Source of the DNA: Candidatus Aenigmatarchaeota archaeon
GTDB lineage: Archaea; Aenigmatarchaeota; Aenigmatarchaeia; QMZP01; QMZT01
Direction: 5' to 3'
Length of the DNA stretch: 64,000 bases
NCBI GenBank assembly: GCA_041489155.1
Contig: JBGPQP010000005.1
Span: 2,509-66,508, forward strand
Shown: positions 46,780-55,847 of the stretch, piece after piece
How positions within the stretch are numbered: the stretch's first letter is position 1
Layout of the letters: every line of letters begins with the position of its first letter
Notes under the pieces: generated by a model
Told to the model about the DNA's origin: nothing
Database searches by the model: none
The model's input: the letters and a program-made list of their open reading frames with translations, nothing else
Made by a program: the position numbers and the translations under genes

Positions 46780-48678
46780 CTATCCTATAAATATGGGCCT
46801 CTTGGTAAGAAGCCTGGGAAGCGGCAGCGCCTTGAAGGGCTTGCCTTCCGTCTGCTTCTTTATCATGTCTACAAACGCTTTCTGCGTATGTTTCTCGACC
46901 TTCCCTGTTTCCCTTAGTCTCACAGCAAGTTTGTTTTCAGTCAGTTCCCTTTCCCCGATAACGACGGCGAAGGGTACCCATTCAATCTCCGAGTCGCGTA
47001 TTTTCTTCTGGACGCTTTCTTTTCTGTCGTCAACGTCGACCCGTATCCCTTCCTTCGCGATTTCCTCGGCTATTGCTTCCGTCTGCTTCAGGAACTTGTC
47101 TGACACGGGGATGAACCTCGCCTGCGTTGGGCAGAGCCACAAAGGAAGGATTGGGTTCTTGCCTTTGGCCGATTCCATGTGGGCCTTTTCAAGCAAAGCA
47201 TACATCACCCTTTCTATCGCGCCTGAAGGTGAGAGGTGAAGGATGATCGGATATTTCTTCGTGTTGTCGCTGTCCATGTACATTATGCCGTAGCGTTTAG
47301 CGTTCTCGACGTCTATCTGGTCCGTCGTCAGCGCTGCTGCTTTGTCAAGCGCATCGACGAAGTTCAGGTCGTACTTGAAAATGAAGTAGAAGAACTGCTT
47401 GCTCCACATTTCGAGCAGGACCGGCTTGCCTATTTTCTTGACAACAGTCTTCAGGAAATCTCTGTTATCATCGTAGAAATCTTTCACCACCCTGAGCGCG
47501 CCTTCCAAGTTTTCGTTCAGCGGCACGCCGACGCCATTCAGGATGTCCTTCGCCAGGTCCAGGCGCGTCAGCATCTCCCCCTTCGCCTGCTCAATATCCC
47601 TGCACATCGCATGGCAATCAGGCATGGTGAACGCGCGAAGCCTGCGAAGTCCAGCGAGCTCGCCTCGCTGCTCCACGCGGAAAGAATAGCGCGTAAGCTC
47701 GTACATTCTCATCGGAAGATTGCGGTAGGAAATATTCGCGTCCTTCGCCATCAGGAATTGTCCGAAACACGCTGAAAAGCGCAGGAATACGCGCTTGTTG
47801 GGCGTCTCGATTGTATACTGCCTCGCAGGGAAGCGGTTCAGATAATCCTTGAGCGCAGGATGCTCGTAATCATACATTATCGGTGTCTCGACTTCCATCC
47901 CGCCGTAACCGATTACCTTCCCGGTGACATATTCTTCCAGAAGCGATTTTATCAGCCTTCCCTTGGGAAGGAAGCGCAGGTTGCCCGGGTCGCTGCCGCT
48001 TTCGTAATCCACCAGTTCGAGCTTCCTCATCAAGCGCACGTGCGGAGGCTCTTTGTCAGCGACTCTCGATTTCGCCATCTCGTAACGGGCGAATTTCTCC
48101 AAGTTATTGTGTTTCGAAAAATCGAAGCCTTTCACATTCCCTTCTTCTATGCTGAGCTTGTGCAGCTTCCCTTCTATGTCAAGCACATACCAATCCGAAG
48201 CGAGCGTCTTCTCCTTCTCGAGCGCCTTTGAAACCTCGGCCTTCGCTTCCACCACGTCGTCTGCGACTATCTCCCTTGAAAGCTCGGAAAGCGGGTGGCC
48301 CTTTACGGCGATGGTGAATCTTTTGTAATAGCCGAAAGGCGCGCGGTGAACGCTGTACTTCATTCCCTTGAGCTGGGTTTCAACTCCTTTCAGAACAGTC
48401 AGGGCGGCGGACGGCGATGAAGGCGTTTTGCTCAGATGAACATAAGGGTAAACGACGATGTTATTTGCTTTCACTTCTTTCGCTACTTTGTCTATCTCCT
48501 CCGAAGTCTTGTCTATTATGGTCTTTTCCTTGCCTTCGTCATTTTTCTCCACCGCGGAAAAAACCACCAGCACGTCCTTTACGCTGCTTACTTTCTTTTC
48601 GATTTCCTCCGCGTTTTTAATCGCTTTTTCTTTCGGTTCCCATTCTATGAAATCCGAATGCAACAACAGGATTTTCAT
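46780..48678 (-). CDS. thrS: Threonine--tRNA ligase, archaeal type with N-terminal editing domain
   Basis: 'YPYVHLS', 'APFGYYK', 'KGHPLSELSR', 'LRFSACFG', 'RLRAFTMPDCH', 'HLSPSGAIER'. Confidence 0.96.
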   Translation of the reverse strand: MKILLLHSDFIEWEPKEKAIKNAEEIEKKVSSVKDVLVVFSAVEKNDEGKEKTIIDKTSEEIDKVAKEVKANNIVVYPYVHLSKTPSSPSAALTVLKGVETQLKGMKYSVHRAPFGYYKRFTIAVKGHPLSELSREIVADDVVEAKAEVSKALEKEKTLASDWYVLDIEGKLHKLSIEEGNVKGFDFSKHNNLEKFARYEMAKSRVADKEPPHVRLMRKLELVDYESGSDPGNLRFLPKGRLIKSLLEEYVTGKVIGYGGMEVETPIMYDYEHPALKDYLNRFPARQYTIETPNKRVFLRFSACFGQFLMAKDANISYRNLPMRMYELTRYSFRVEQRGELAGLRRLRAFTMPDCHAMCRDIEQAKGEMLTRLDLAKDILNGVGVPLNENLEGALRVVKDFYDDNRDFLKTVVKKIGKPVLLEMWSKQFFYFIFKYDLNFVDALDKAAALTTDQIDVENAKRYGIMYMDSDNTKKYPIILHLSPSGAIERVMYALLEKAHMESAKGKNPILPLWLCPTQARFIPVSDKFLKQTEAIAEEIAKEGIRVDVDDRKESVQKKIRDSEIEWVPFAVVIGERELTENKLAVRLRETGKVEKHTQKAFVDMIKKQTEGKPFKALPLPRLLTKRPIFIG

Positions 48679-48725
48679 CCGCCACCACCTTTACCTTTAT
48701 TTTTTTGTTTTAGCCGTTAATTAAA

Positions 48726-48770
48726 CTCCCGGCTGGCCGAGAACCGAAAGAATCAGTCCGGCCGCAGACC
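48726..48770 (-). promoter_or_regulatory. GC-rich stem-loop region in the thrS leader
   Basis: Minus strand GGCCG-GACUGA-UUCUU-UCGGUU-CU-CGGCC hairpin between the leader ORF and thrS (paired by eye). Confidence 0.6.
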
Positions 48771-48775
48771 AAGAA

Positions 48776-48832
48776 CTAACACGTCGTAGTGGTTGTCGTA
48801 GTTGTTTTAGTCGTGGTCTTGCCGGAGTTCAT
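48776..48832 (-). CDS. Putative thrS leader peptide MNSGKTTTKTTTTTTTTC
   Basis: ATG AAC TCC GGC AAG ACC ACG ACT AAA ACA ACT ACG ACA ACC ACT ACG ACG TGT TAG; 11 of 18 codons are Thr; ends 97 nt upstream of thrS on the same strand. Confidence 0.85.
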   Translation of the reverse strand: MNSGKTTTKTTTTTTTTC

Positions 48833-48853
48833 GAAAATAATTTGGTCGTCAGA

Positions 48854-48868
48854 TTTTAAAAACCTTTC
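48854..48868 (-). promoter_or_regulatory. BRE-TATA promoter for leader-thrS
   Basis: Minus strand GAAAGG-TTTTTAAAA ending 21 nt before the leader ATG. Confidence 0.6.
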
Positions 48869-49701
48869 AGAAACGAGTAAACACATTCCGGCAGTCTTTC
48901 GCTGTAGCCGCCCTCGAGAATCGCGAAGCGTGGCTTGTTGAGATCGGCTATCATCTTTGAGATTTTCGAATACGTGTCGACCTCGAGCTTCAGCCCCGCC
49001 AGCGGATCGCCTTCGAATGTGTCGAAACCTGCTGACACCGCTATCATATCCGGCTTGAACTTTTTTATTATCTCGAGCGCGACCTCGAGCTTCTGGAGGT
49101 ACAGCCTTTCGTCCGTTCCGCTGTCGAGCGGGAAGTTGTGGCAGTTCGCTTCAGAATGCTTGCCCGTTCCGGGGTAGAAATTGCCGTACTGATGCAGGGA
49201 AACGTAAATCACGTTTTTCCTGCCAAGGAAAATGTCCTGCGTGCCGTTGCCGTGATGCACGTCGATGTCGAGGATTGCAACCTTTGCTTCCCTTCGCAGC
49301 GCCTTCACAACAGCGATGGCGATGTTGTTGAAATAGCAGAAGCCTTCGAACTTCGCTCTGCCTGCATGATGGCCGGGTGGCCGCATTAGAGAGAAGGCTT
49401 TGTCTTCCTCGAGGGCGATGAACATCGCCCTTACCGCCGCGCCCGCGGATAGCCTTGCATGGTTGTATATGCTTGGCAGCGCAGGCGTTTCGGGGTTAAC
49501 GAAATTCCCCCGTTTTATGGTGTCTATCAGTTTTGGTGTATGGACGAGGAGCAGATCCTGTCTCGTGCAGGGTTCTGGCTTTACGAATTCGAAGTTCCCG
49601 GTTTTTCCCAGAAGCTCGTACGTCCTTCGTACCCGTTCGCTCGATTCGGGATGGCCTTGCATGTCGTAATTCAGGCATTCAGGCGAAAAAACAACCTTCA
49701 T
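48856..49701 (-). CDS. Histone deacetylase family protein
   Basis: 'HPES', 'RPPGHHA', 'GFCYFNN', 'DIDVHHGNGTQ', 'SAGFD', 'LEGGY'. Confidence 0.93.
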   Translation of the reverse strand: MKVVFSPECLNYDMQGHPESSERVRRTYELLGKTGNFEFVKPEPCTRQDLLLVHTPKLIDTIKRGNFVNPETPALPSIYNHARLSAGAAVRAMFIALEEDKAFSLMRPPGHHAGRAKFEGFCYFNNIAIAVVKALRREAKVAILDIDVHHGNGTQDIFLGRKNVIYVSLHQYGNFYPGTGKHSEANCHNFPLDSGTDERLYLQKLEVALEIIKKFKPDMIAVSAGFDTFEGDPLAGLKLEVDTYSKISKMIADLNKPRFAILEGGYSERLPECVYSFLKGF

Positions 49702-49757
49702 TAGTATAGATTGTTTTGCATGCCAAATAATTTAACCCCTTCCATTAATCTATAGCT

Positions 49758-51071
49758 ATGATGGATCTAAGGAAGGTTTACGAATACTACTCCAGAGAGG
49801 ACATACAGAATTTCCTCCTGGAATTCGGCAAAGACAGGGAGGTTGTCGGCGTCTTCAGGAATGGCAATTTTTCACAGAGGCCGAACGTCTTGCTGTACCA
49901 GAAAGACATAACCGCCATGGTGAAGACCGGCGTAATAGAATTCCACGGCTCTCTCGAACGCTGGTCACAGCCAATGAGCCTCAGGTCTGATAATTATGAG
50001 CAGCTGAGGAAGGGATGGGATCTGATATTCGATCTGGACTGTAAGCTGTTCGAACACGGCAAGATTGCCGCCGAAGCTTTCATATGGGGCCTGAAAAAGC
50101 ATGACATACGGAGCGTGTCTGTCAAATTCACGGGAGGGACAGGGTTTCACATAGGCGTGCCATGGGAAGCGATTCCGAAGACCGTTGATTACAAACCCAG
50201 CGTGAGCCTCTATCCAGAGCTCGCGAGAAAGATTGTAATGTACCTCAGGGACTTTGTTTTCGAAAGACTGGAAAGAAATCTTTTCAAAAAATTCACAGCC
50301 GAGGAGATATCCGGCCAGATAAACAAGCCGCTAGGTAAAATTCTGACCGATGACGGCATGAACGTTTACGAGGTCGTTGATGTCGACCCGGTTCTCATTT
50401 CACCTAGGCACCTTTTCCGCCTACCATATTCGCTGAATGGAAAGTCGTTCCTGGCGTCGCTTCCCGTCAAGCCGGAAAGGCTTGAAGGCTTTGAAAAAAT
50501 GCAGGCAAGACCAGACACAGTTAAGGTGGAGAACAAGTACCTTGAGCCCGGCGAAGACGGAGAAGCAGAGTTGCTTATAGCAGAAACCATAGACTGGTTC
50601 ATGAGGGCCAAGAAAAAAATTGAAGAGAGGAGCGAAAGGAGGCTGGAAATAACAAGACCCATCCCGGTCGAAAGCTTCCCGCCATGCATAAAAAACATAA
50701 TGAACGGTCTTTCTGACGGAAGAAAGAGGTCGATATTCATTCTTTTGAACTTCCTCCGCTCGTCCAAATGGACATGGGACGAAATCGAAAAATTCCTCAT
50801 AGAATGGAACTCGAAAAACAAACCCCCGCTGCGCGAGAGCTACATCCGCTCGCATCTGAGGTGGCACAGAGCAAGGAACAAGGAAGTTCTTCCGCCGAAC
50901 TGCGCGAACGAGGGATGGTACAAGAATTTCGGCGTCTGTAAGCCCGATGAAAAATGCTCGAAGATAAAGAACCCGGTGAATTACGCCATAAGATCGATGA
51001 CTGCCGCCAGGCAGGCGAAAGCACCGGCAGCGGGAAGAAAAAACTACAGGACAGCGAAGAAGGGGAAATAG
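49758..51071 (+). CDS. DNA primase, fused PriS-PriL
   Basis: PriS 'WDLIFDLD', 'KFTGGTGFH', 'RLPYSLN'; PriL Fe-S domain 'FPPCI...GRKR...PPNC...C...C..KNP'. Confidence 0.9.
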   Translation: MMDLRKVYEYYSREDIQNFLLEFGKDREVVGVFRNGNFSQRPNVLLYQKDITAMVKTGVIEFHGSLERWSQPMSLRSDNYEQLRKGWDLIFDLDCKLFEHGKIAAEAFIWGLKKHDIRSVSVKFTGGTGFHIGVPWEAIPKTVDYKPSVSLYPELARKIVMYLRDFVFERLERNLFKKFTAEEISGQINKPLGKILTDDGMNVYEVVDVDPVLISPRHLFRLPYSLNGKSFLASLPVKPERLEGFEKMQARPDTVKVENKYLEPGEDGEAELLIAETIDWFMRAKKKIEERSERRLEITRPIPVESFPPCIKNIMNGLSDGRKRSIFILLNFLRSSKWTWDEIEKFLIEWNSKNKPPLRESYIRSHLRWHRARNKEVLPPNCANEGWYKNFGVCKPDEKCSKIKNPVNYAIRSMTAARQAKAPAAGRKNYRTAKKGK

Positions 51072-51076
51072 CGAAA

Positions 51077-51250
51077 TTACATGTAGAAACTAGGCCAGCA
51101 GAATTTCCAGTCAATGCATTCCTTGAAGGTGCCGCCATTCGAAACGGTGCAGCAGTTCTTGCATAAGTGCTTTTGGGTATTCCGGCACAAAGCTATATCT
51201 CCGTTGTTGCTGCTTCTTTCGCATTTGTGGCACACGCGTTTTTCTTCCAT
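51077..51250 (-). CDS. Small Cys-rich protein (57 aa, 8 Cys)
   Basis: Hand-translated MEEKRVCHKCERSSNNGDIALCRNTQKHLCKNCCTVSNGGTFKECIDWKFCWPSFYM; fills the intergenic gap. Confidence 0.7.
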   Translation of the reverse strand: MEEKRVCHKCERSSNNGDIALCRNTQKHLCKNCCTVSNGGTFKECIDWKFCWPSFYM

Positions 51251-51329
51251 GCGTTGACCCTAAGTTTAAAATTATACTTGAATCAGGGGTATAAATAGTT
51301 ATGTTTTGCGATAAAATTTGCGCATGCAA

Positions 51330-51446
51330 TTACTTTTTCAGCTTCTCCAGCCTGACAGAGCCGCATTTCGGACAAACTTTCGTGACCGGCTCCATTATGA
51401 TGGGTTTCCCTTCCCATCTGCACTGCAGACACCTGAATTTGGCCAT
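51330..51446 (-). CDS. CPxCG-type zinc-ribbon microprotein (38 aa)
   Basis: Hand-translated MAKFRCLQCRWEGKPIIMEPVTKVCPKCGSVRLEKLKK. Confidence 0.8.
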   Translation of the reverse strand: MAKFRCLQCRWEGKPIIMEPVTKVCPKCGSVRLEKLKK

Positions 51447-51490
51447 GATTGTTATTCCTGCGCTGAATTTAAATTGTTTGGTACCTGCGC

Positions 51491-52561
51491 CTATCTCATG
51501 TGAAGCTCAACGACGTCGCAGTCCTTCAGAATGTGCCTGACTCCGACTTTCTGCTCCGGGAATTTCGCAGAATTCCCCCATATCCTTGCGTATTCAAGGT
51601 TCCTTGCGAATTCCTTGTGTATCCTTTCGGCGATTTCATAGACAGTCGAACCTTTCCTGACTATGAGCGGCTTTTCCATATCCGGCTGCTTGCCGATTCT
51701 CTTCATGTAGATTCTCATAAGGTCCATATTTTCCCATATCGCTTTCTTGAGTTCTGCCACGCCTTCGTTCGTGAACGAGGAGACTTTTATTATGTTTTTC
51801 TGCAGCCCTCTCCTTTGTTCTGCAGAGAGCAGGTCAGCTTTCGCCTGTATCACGATTGCTTTAACATAAACCCTGTTGCTGCATGTAACGTCGATGAGCC
51901 GGTCGAGCGTCAGATCCTCGCGCACGACAATCTCGGCATTGTGTATGCCCCGCTCGTTCAACACCATCTTTATCATCTTCTCATCTATGTGCTTCTGCCT
52001 GACGCCGCTCAACTTTATCCCACCTCTCTCGGTTTTCTTCATGACCACATCGGGCCTCTTCTCGTTCAGGCGGAAGCCCGCGTCATGAAGCTCCCTTTGA
52101 ATGACGCCAAGCTGTTCGGATTTGTCTATCATTATGATCAAGAGGTCAGCGTTCCTAATGACCGAAAGTATCTCCTTCCCCCTGCCCCTTCCGGAAGAAG
52201 CGCCCGTGACAACTCCCGGGATGTCGAGTATCTGTATTTTCGCAGAATTGTATTCCATTATTCCGGGGATGACGTCAAGCGTGGTGAAATCATAATCCCC
52301 GACCTTCGAAGCGGCGGAAGTTATCTTGTTGAGGAGGGTGGATTTGCCAACGGACGGGAAGCCCACGAGAAGGGCAGTCGCATCGCCAGTCTTCCGGACC
52401 GAAAAAGCCTTTCCCCCGGAGATTGATTTTTTGGTCATAGCCTCCTCTTTCAATCTTGCAATCTTGGCCTTCAGCAGGCCGAAGTGATATTGTGTTGCCT
52501 TGTTGTATTTCATTTTCTGCATTTCTTCCTCGATTCTAGCGATTTCCTCTTCCCTTCCCAT
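51491..52561 (-). CDS. DRG/OBG-family GTPase with TGS domain
   Basis: 'VGFPSVGKSTLL', 'YDFTTL', 'LDIPG', 'GRGRG', 'ARIWG'. Confidence 0.93.
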   Translation of the reverse strand: MGREEEIARIEEEMQKMKYNKATQYHFGLLKAKIARLKEEAMTKKSISGGKAFSVRKTGDATALLVGFPSVGKSTLLNKITSAASKVGDYDFTTLDVIPGIMEYNSAKIQILDIPGVVTGASSGRGRGKEILSVIRNADLLIIMIDKSEQLGVIQRELHDAGFRLNEKRPDVVMKKTERGGIKLSGVRQKHIDEKMIKMVLNERGIHNAEIVVREDLTLDRLIDVTCSNRVYVKAIVIQAKADLLSAEQRRGLQKNIIKVSSFTNEGVAELKKAIWENMDLMRIYMKRIGKQPDMEKPLIVRKGSTVYEIAERIHKEFARNLEYARIWGNSAKFPEQKVGVRHILKDCDVVELHMR

Positions 52562-52602
52562 ACTGATCCCGATTTTTATTATTGGTGATATTAAATTATA
52601 AT

Positions 52603-54249
52603 ATGGCTCTGCCTCTTTTGTTCGACGTCGGCATCATAGTTCTGGTTTCAGCGGTGCTGGCATATGCTGCGCGTTTTCTCAGGCAGCCGGTGATACTCGC
52701 ATACGTCGTCGCCGGCCTAATAGTCGGTCCTGTGGGCCTTGGCATAATAACAAACACCGAAGAGATAAGCCTCCTATCCGAACTGGGCATAATCTTCCTC
52801 CTGTTCTCGATCGGCCTCGAGCTGGATTTCAGGCGCATCGAAAACGTTGGCTTCGCCACAATCATCGGCGGTTCGGTCCAGATGATACTGACGTTCGCCA
52901 TCGGTTTTCTTGCTGCCACGGCATTCGGCCTGACAGGCATGCTGGGGATTTATATAGGCCTGATGATGGCCATCTCGAGCACCATGATAGTGGCGAAAGT
53001 TCTGACGGACAAGGACGAGCTCGGCACGCTGCACGGCAGGATAATGGTCGGCGTGCTCATTTTACAGGACATCGTGGCCGTCATAGTGCTGCCCATGCTT
53101 AGCCTTTACCTTTCAATGCCAGTAATATCATTTGATGTGATTGCCTGGTTCGCGCTGAAAGGCCTCGGCTTCTTCGCCTTTGCCTTCCTCGTGAACAAAT
53201 TCCTTTTTCCCAGGGTCCTGGACTATGCTGCCCAGAAGCACGAGATACTCTTCATCACGGCTGTTGCCAACTGTTTCCTGTTCATAGGCCTTTCCTATGT
53301 TCTTGGCTTCACCATCGCGATAGGCGGTTTCATTGCCGGGCTTTCCATGGCGAATTTCCCGTACAACTTGGAAATAGAAGGCGAAGTCCACTCGCTCCGC
53401 GACTTCTTCTCCATACTGTTTTTCTCAAGCATGGGCATGCAGCTCAACTTCCTGGCCATAGGCAACGCCTTGCCCTTTTTCATAACCGTCCTGCTCCTGC
53501 TGATGTTCATTAAACCGGCAATACTGGCGGGTACATATCTTCTCTTGGGCTACGGCGGCAGGACAGCCGCATACATAGGCCTTGGCCTTGGCCAGACAAG
53601 CGAGTTTGTTTTCATAATAGCCGCAGAGCTGCTTAGGGTAGGCAGCATAACGCAGGAATTCTACTCGCTTCTCGTAAGCATGGTCGTCATCTCCATAGTA
53701 ACCACGCCTTATATGATTTCAGCAAAAAACATTTTCTACAACTTCTTTTCGCGCTTCAGAATCCCGATGTCGCATCTGATACATCCAAAAAGCATCAGGG
53801 ACATGGAGAACCCTCCCGATGCCCTTAGTAACCATACGGTTCTTTTCGGCGCCCACATGATGGGGGATAAAATAATCCATTACCTAAAGGGCAGAAGGGA
53901 GAAACTTGTCGTTGTAGAAAGAGACCCAGAGATAGTGAAGAATCTCAGGCGCAGGGGCATATATGTCTTGTACGGCGACGCGGAAAACGAGGAGATGCTA
54001 AGCAAGATTTTCCTTGACAAGGCGAAACTGCTCGTGACGACCATACCCTATGCAGACGTCACCGCTTTCGTTGTGAGAAAGGCCAAGCGCATCAACCCAA
54101 AGATAAGAATATTCGCGCGCGCGCCTGACAGGAGAGAGGCTGAAAGAATATACAAGGCAGGCGCCGACATTGTGATTATACCCGAATACGTCTCCGGAGA
54201 CAGGTTTGTTCAGAAAATAGATCATTTTTTGAAAGAGAAAAAATTATGA
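52603..54249 (+). CDS. CPA2/Kef-type cation:proton antiporter with TrkA-N domain
   Basis: 'SELGIIFLLFSIGLE', 'SSTMIV', 'QD', 'RDFF', 'YGDA'. Confidence 0.92.
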   Translation: MALPLLFDVGIIVLVSAVLAYAARFLRQPVILAYVVAGLIVGPVGLGIITNTEEISLLSELGIIFLLFSIGLELDFRRIENVGFATIIGGSVQMILTFAIGFLAATAFGLTGMLGIYIGLMMAISSTMIVAKVLTDKDELGTLHGRIMVGVLILQDIVAVIVLPMLSLYLSMPVISFDVIAWFALKGLGFFAFAFLVNKFLFPRVLDYAAQKHEILFITAVANCFLFIGLSYVLGFTIAIGGFIAGLSMANFPYNLEIEGEVHSLRDFFSILFFSSMGMQLNFLAIGNALPFFITVLLLLMFIKPAILAGTYLLLGYGGRTAAYIGLGLGQTSEFVFIIAAELLRVGSITQEFYSLLVSMVVISIVTTPYMISAKNIFYNFFSRFRIPMSHLIHPKSIRDMENPPDALSNHTVLFGAHMMGDKIIHYLKGRREKLVVVERDPEIVKNLRRRGIYVLYGDAENEEMLSKIFLDKAKLLVTTIPYADVTAFVVRKAKRINPKIRIFARAPDRREAERIYKAGADIVIIPEYVSGDRFVQKIDHFLKEKKL

Positions 54250-55061
54250 GCCGGGAAAGGATCGATCTAAAGACGTCAAAAGACCAGCATCTCATGACCA
54301 ATCAGGAAACCATCGAAAAAATAGTAGATGCTGCATCAATAAAACGCGGAGATAGGGTAGTTGAAATAGGCGCAGGAGAAGGAGCGCTTACGAAGAAACT
54401 TGTAATGAAAGGTGCAAGGATAACAGCCATAGAAATGGACGAGAGATTCAAAGGCCCCCTTGGCAAACTGAATTACGGCAACGTGGAAATAATATACGGG
54501 AACGCCCTCGACATAATCGACAAAATCGAATTCAACAAGATAGTTTCGAACATCCCCTATTCCATCTGCGAACCCCTTTTGAGCAAGCTCGGTGGAAGAA
54601 ATTTCGACCTCGCGGTAATAAGCATCCCTGAAAATTTCTACAAAACAATTTCTTCCAGATTCGGAGAAAAAAATTATTCCGTGCTTACCATAAGAACTGA
54701 AAGTTTTTTCAGGGTCGAGTGCAAATTCAAAATCCCAAAAGGCGATTTCAATCCTGTACCAAAGACAGAATCGGTCGTCGTCGTCATAAAACCGCTCTCA
54801 AAGGCCGACTATGAAAAGGACCCCAGGAAATTCATTCTCAGGGAAATTTTTCTGCAGAAGAAAAAGAAGCTGGGCAATTCGCTAATGGAAGCCCTGATAA
54901 ACCTTAACAAAAACATTTCCGGAAAAAATTTCACCAAAAAAATGGCAAGGAAAGCCATAAAGAAAATGAGGCTTGGGGCGCACCTCCTTGGCAAACGTCC
55001 TGCTCAAATGAGCAAGGAAGATTTCGGGAAAATAAGGGAGAAATTGATTATTTCGCTATGA
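54246..55061 (+). CDS. rsmA: 16S rRNA adenine dimethyltransferase
   Basis: 'VEIGAGEGALT', 'SNIPYSI', 'FNPVPKTES'. Confidence 0.85.
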   Translation: MSRERIDLKTSKDQHLMTNQETIEKIVDAASIKRGDRVVEIGAGEGALTKKLVMKGARITAIEMDERFKGPLGKLNYGNVEIIYGNALDIIDKIEFNKIVSNIPYSICEPLLSKLGGRNFDLAVISIPENFYKTISSRFGEKNYSVLTIRTESFFRVECKFKIPKGDFNPVPKTESVVVVIKPLSKADYEKDPRKFILREIFLQKKKKLGNSLMEALINLNKNISGKNFTKKMARKAIKKMRLGAHLLGKRPAQMSKEDFGKIREKLIISL

Positions 55062-55740
55062 AGGCTTCGCCTTCTGGTTGCACGACAACGCCCTGTTCCG
55101 TTATCTTGTAAGGATGCAGCTTTTTCGAGTGGTCAGAACCGCTCATCTTCCATATCTGAATCGCGCGGGTGAAGGTGAACTCGTTCCTTTCGTAATAAAG
55201 CACAATGACGCTGTCGGTCACGAACTCCTCGACCCCGTAACGCGAAATTCCTTTTTTTCCGGGAACTATTTCCGAAACAAGAAGCGCCGTGCAACCCAAC
55301 TTCCTGAGGATCGCCGAAAGGTTGAATATCATCCTTCTCAGTTCTGCCTTGTCCCTTACGTGTATCCCCAGAGCCGAGATGGAGTCTATTACTATTCTTT
55401 GCGCTCCCATATCCCTTATCGCATTCTCAAGGACGTCGAAAACTTCTTCCACGTGGTACGGATCGTATTTCAGGAAGGCGAATTTCCCTGCCTTTTCATA
55501 AGGCTCGAAATTTATCCCGAACTGCCTTACGTTGTTCTTTATGTTCTGCGGCAGCTCCTCGAATGAAAGATATATGCCGTTTTCCTTGAATTTCGTCAGG
55601 CCGTTGTAGATGTATTGCGAGCAGATGGTGGTTTTCCCGGTGCCGCAGGTCCCGGACAAAAGAACGAGCTGACCCTTGGGAATTCCGCCATTCATTATTT
55701 CGTCAAGACCTTCTACCCCTGTTTTGACCCTTTCCATCAT
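55048..55740 (-). CDS. KaiC-like/RAD55 ATPase
   Basis: 'KTGVEGLD', GTCGTGKT, 'SFEE', 'IDSIS', 'GVEEFVTD'. Confidence 0.9.
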   Translation of the reverse strand: MMERVKTGVEGLDEIMNGGIPKGQLVLLSGTCGTGKTTICSQYIYNGLTKFKENGIYLSFEELPQNIKNNVRQFGINFEPYEKAGKFAFLKYDPYHVEEVFDVLENAIRDMGAQRIVIDSISALGIHVRDKAELRRMIFNLSAILRKLGCTALLVSEIVPGKKGISRYGVEEFVTDSVIVLYYERNEFTFTRAIQIWKMSGSDHSKKLHPYKITEQGVVVQPEGEAFIAK

Positions 55741-55847
55741 TGTCGATCAATCAAAAGTTTGTATACAAAAGATATGCTATCTTTCTCTATATATTGATAT
55801 TGCTTTTTTATTATTAAAAACCAAAACCAGCCCGTTCCCGTTAATTT

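Noticed and set aside
48782-48817. ACN run read as a microsatellite or CRISPR-like repeat
   Set aside because: Third positions vary over all four bases while the frame stays Thr, and the run is bounded by ATG and TAG; better explained as a coding leader.
51111-51329. 72-aa ORF considered as ribosomal protein L37e
   Set aside because: No L37e motif; the 57-aa Cys-rich ORF in another frame fits better.
51500-52426. 308-aa plus-strand ORF (also 61906-62814 and 44248-45120)
   Set aside because: Antisense shadows of well-supported genes.
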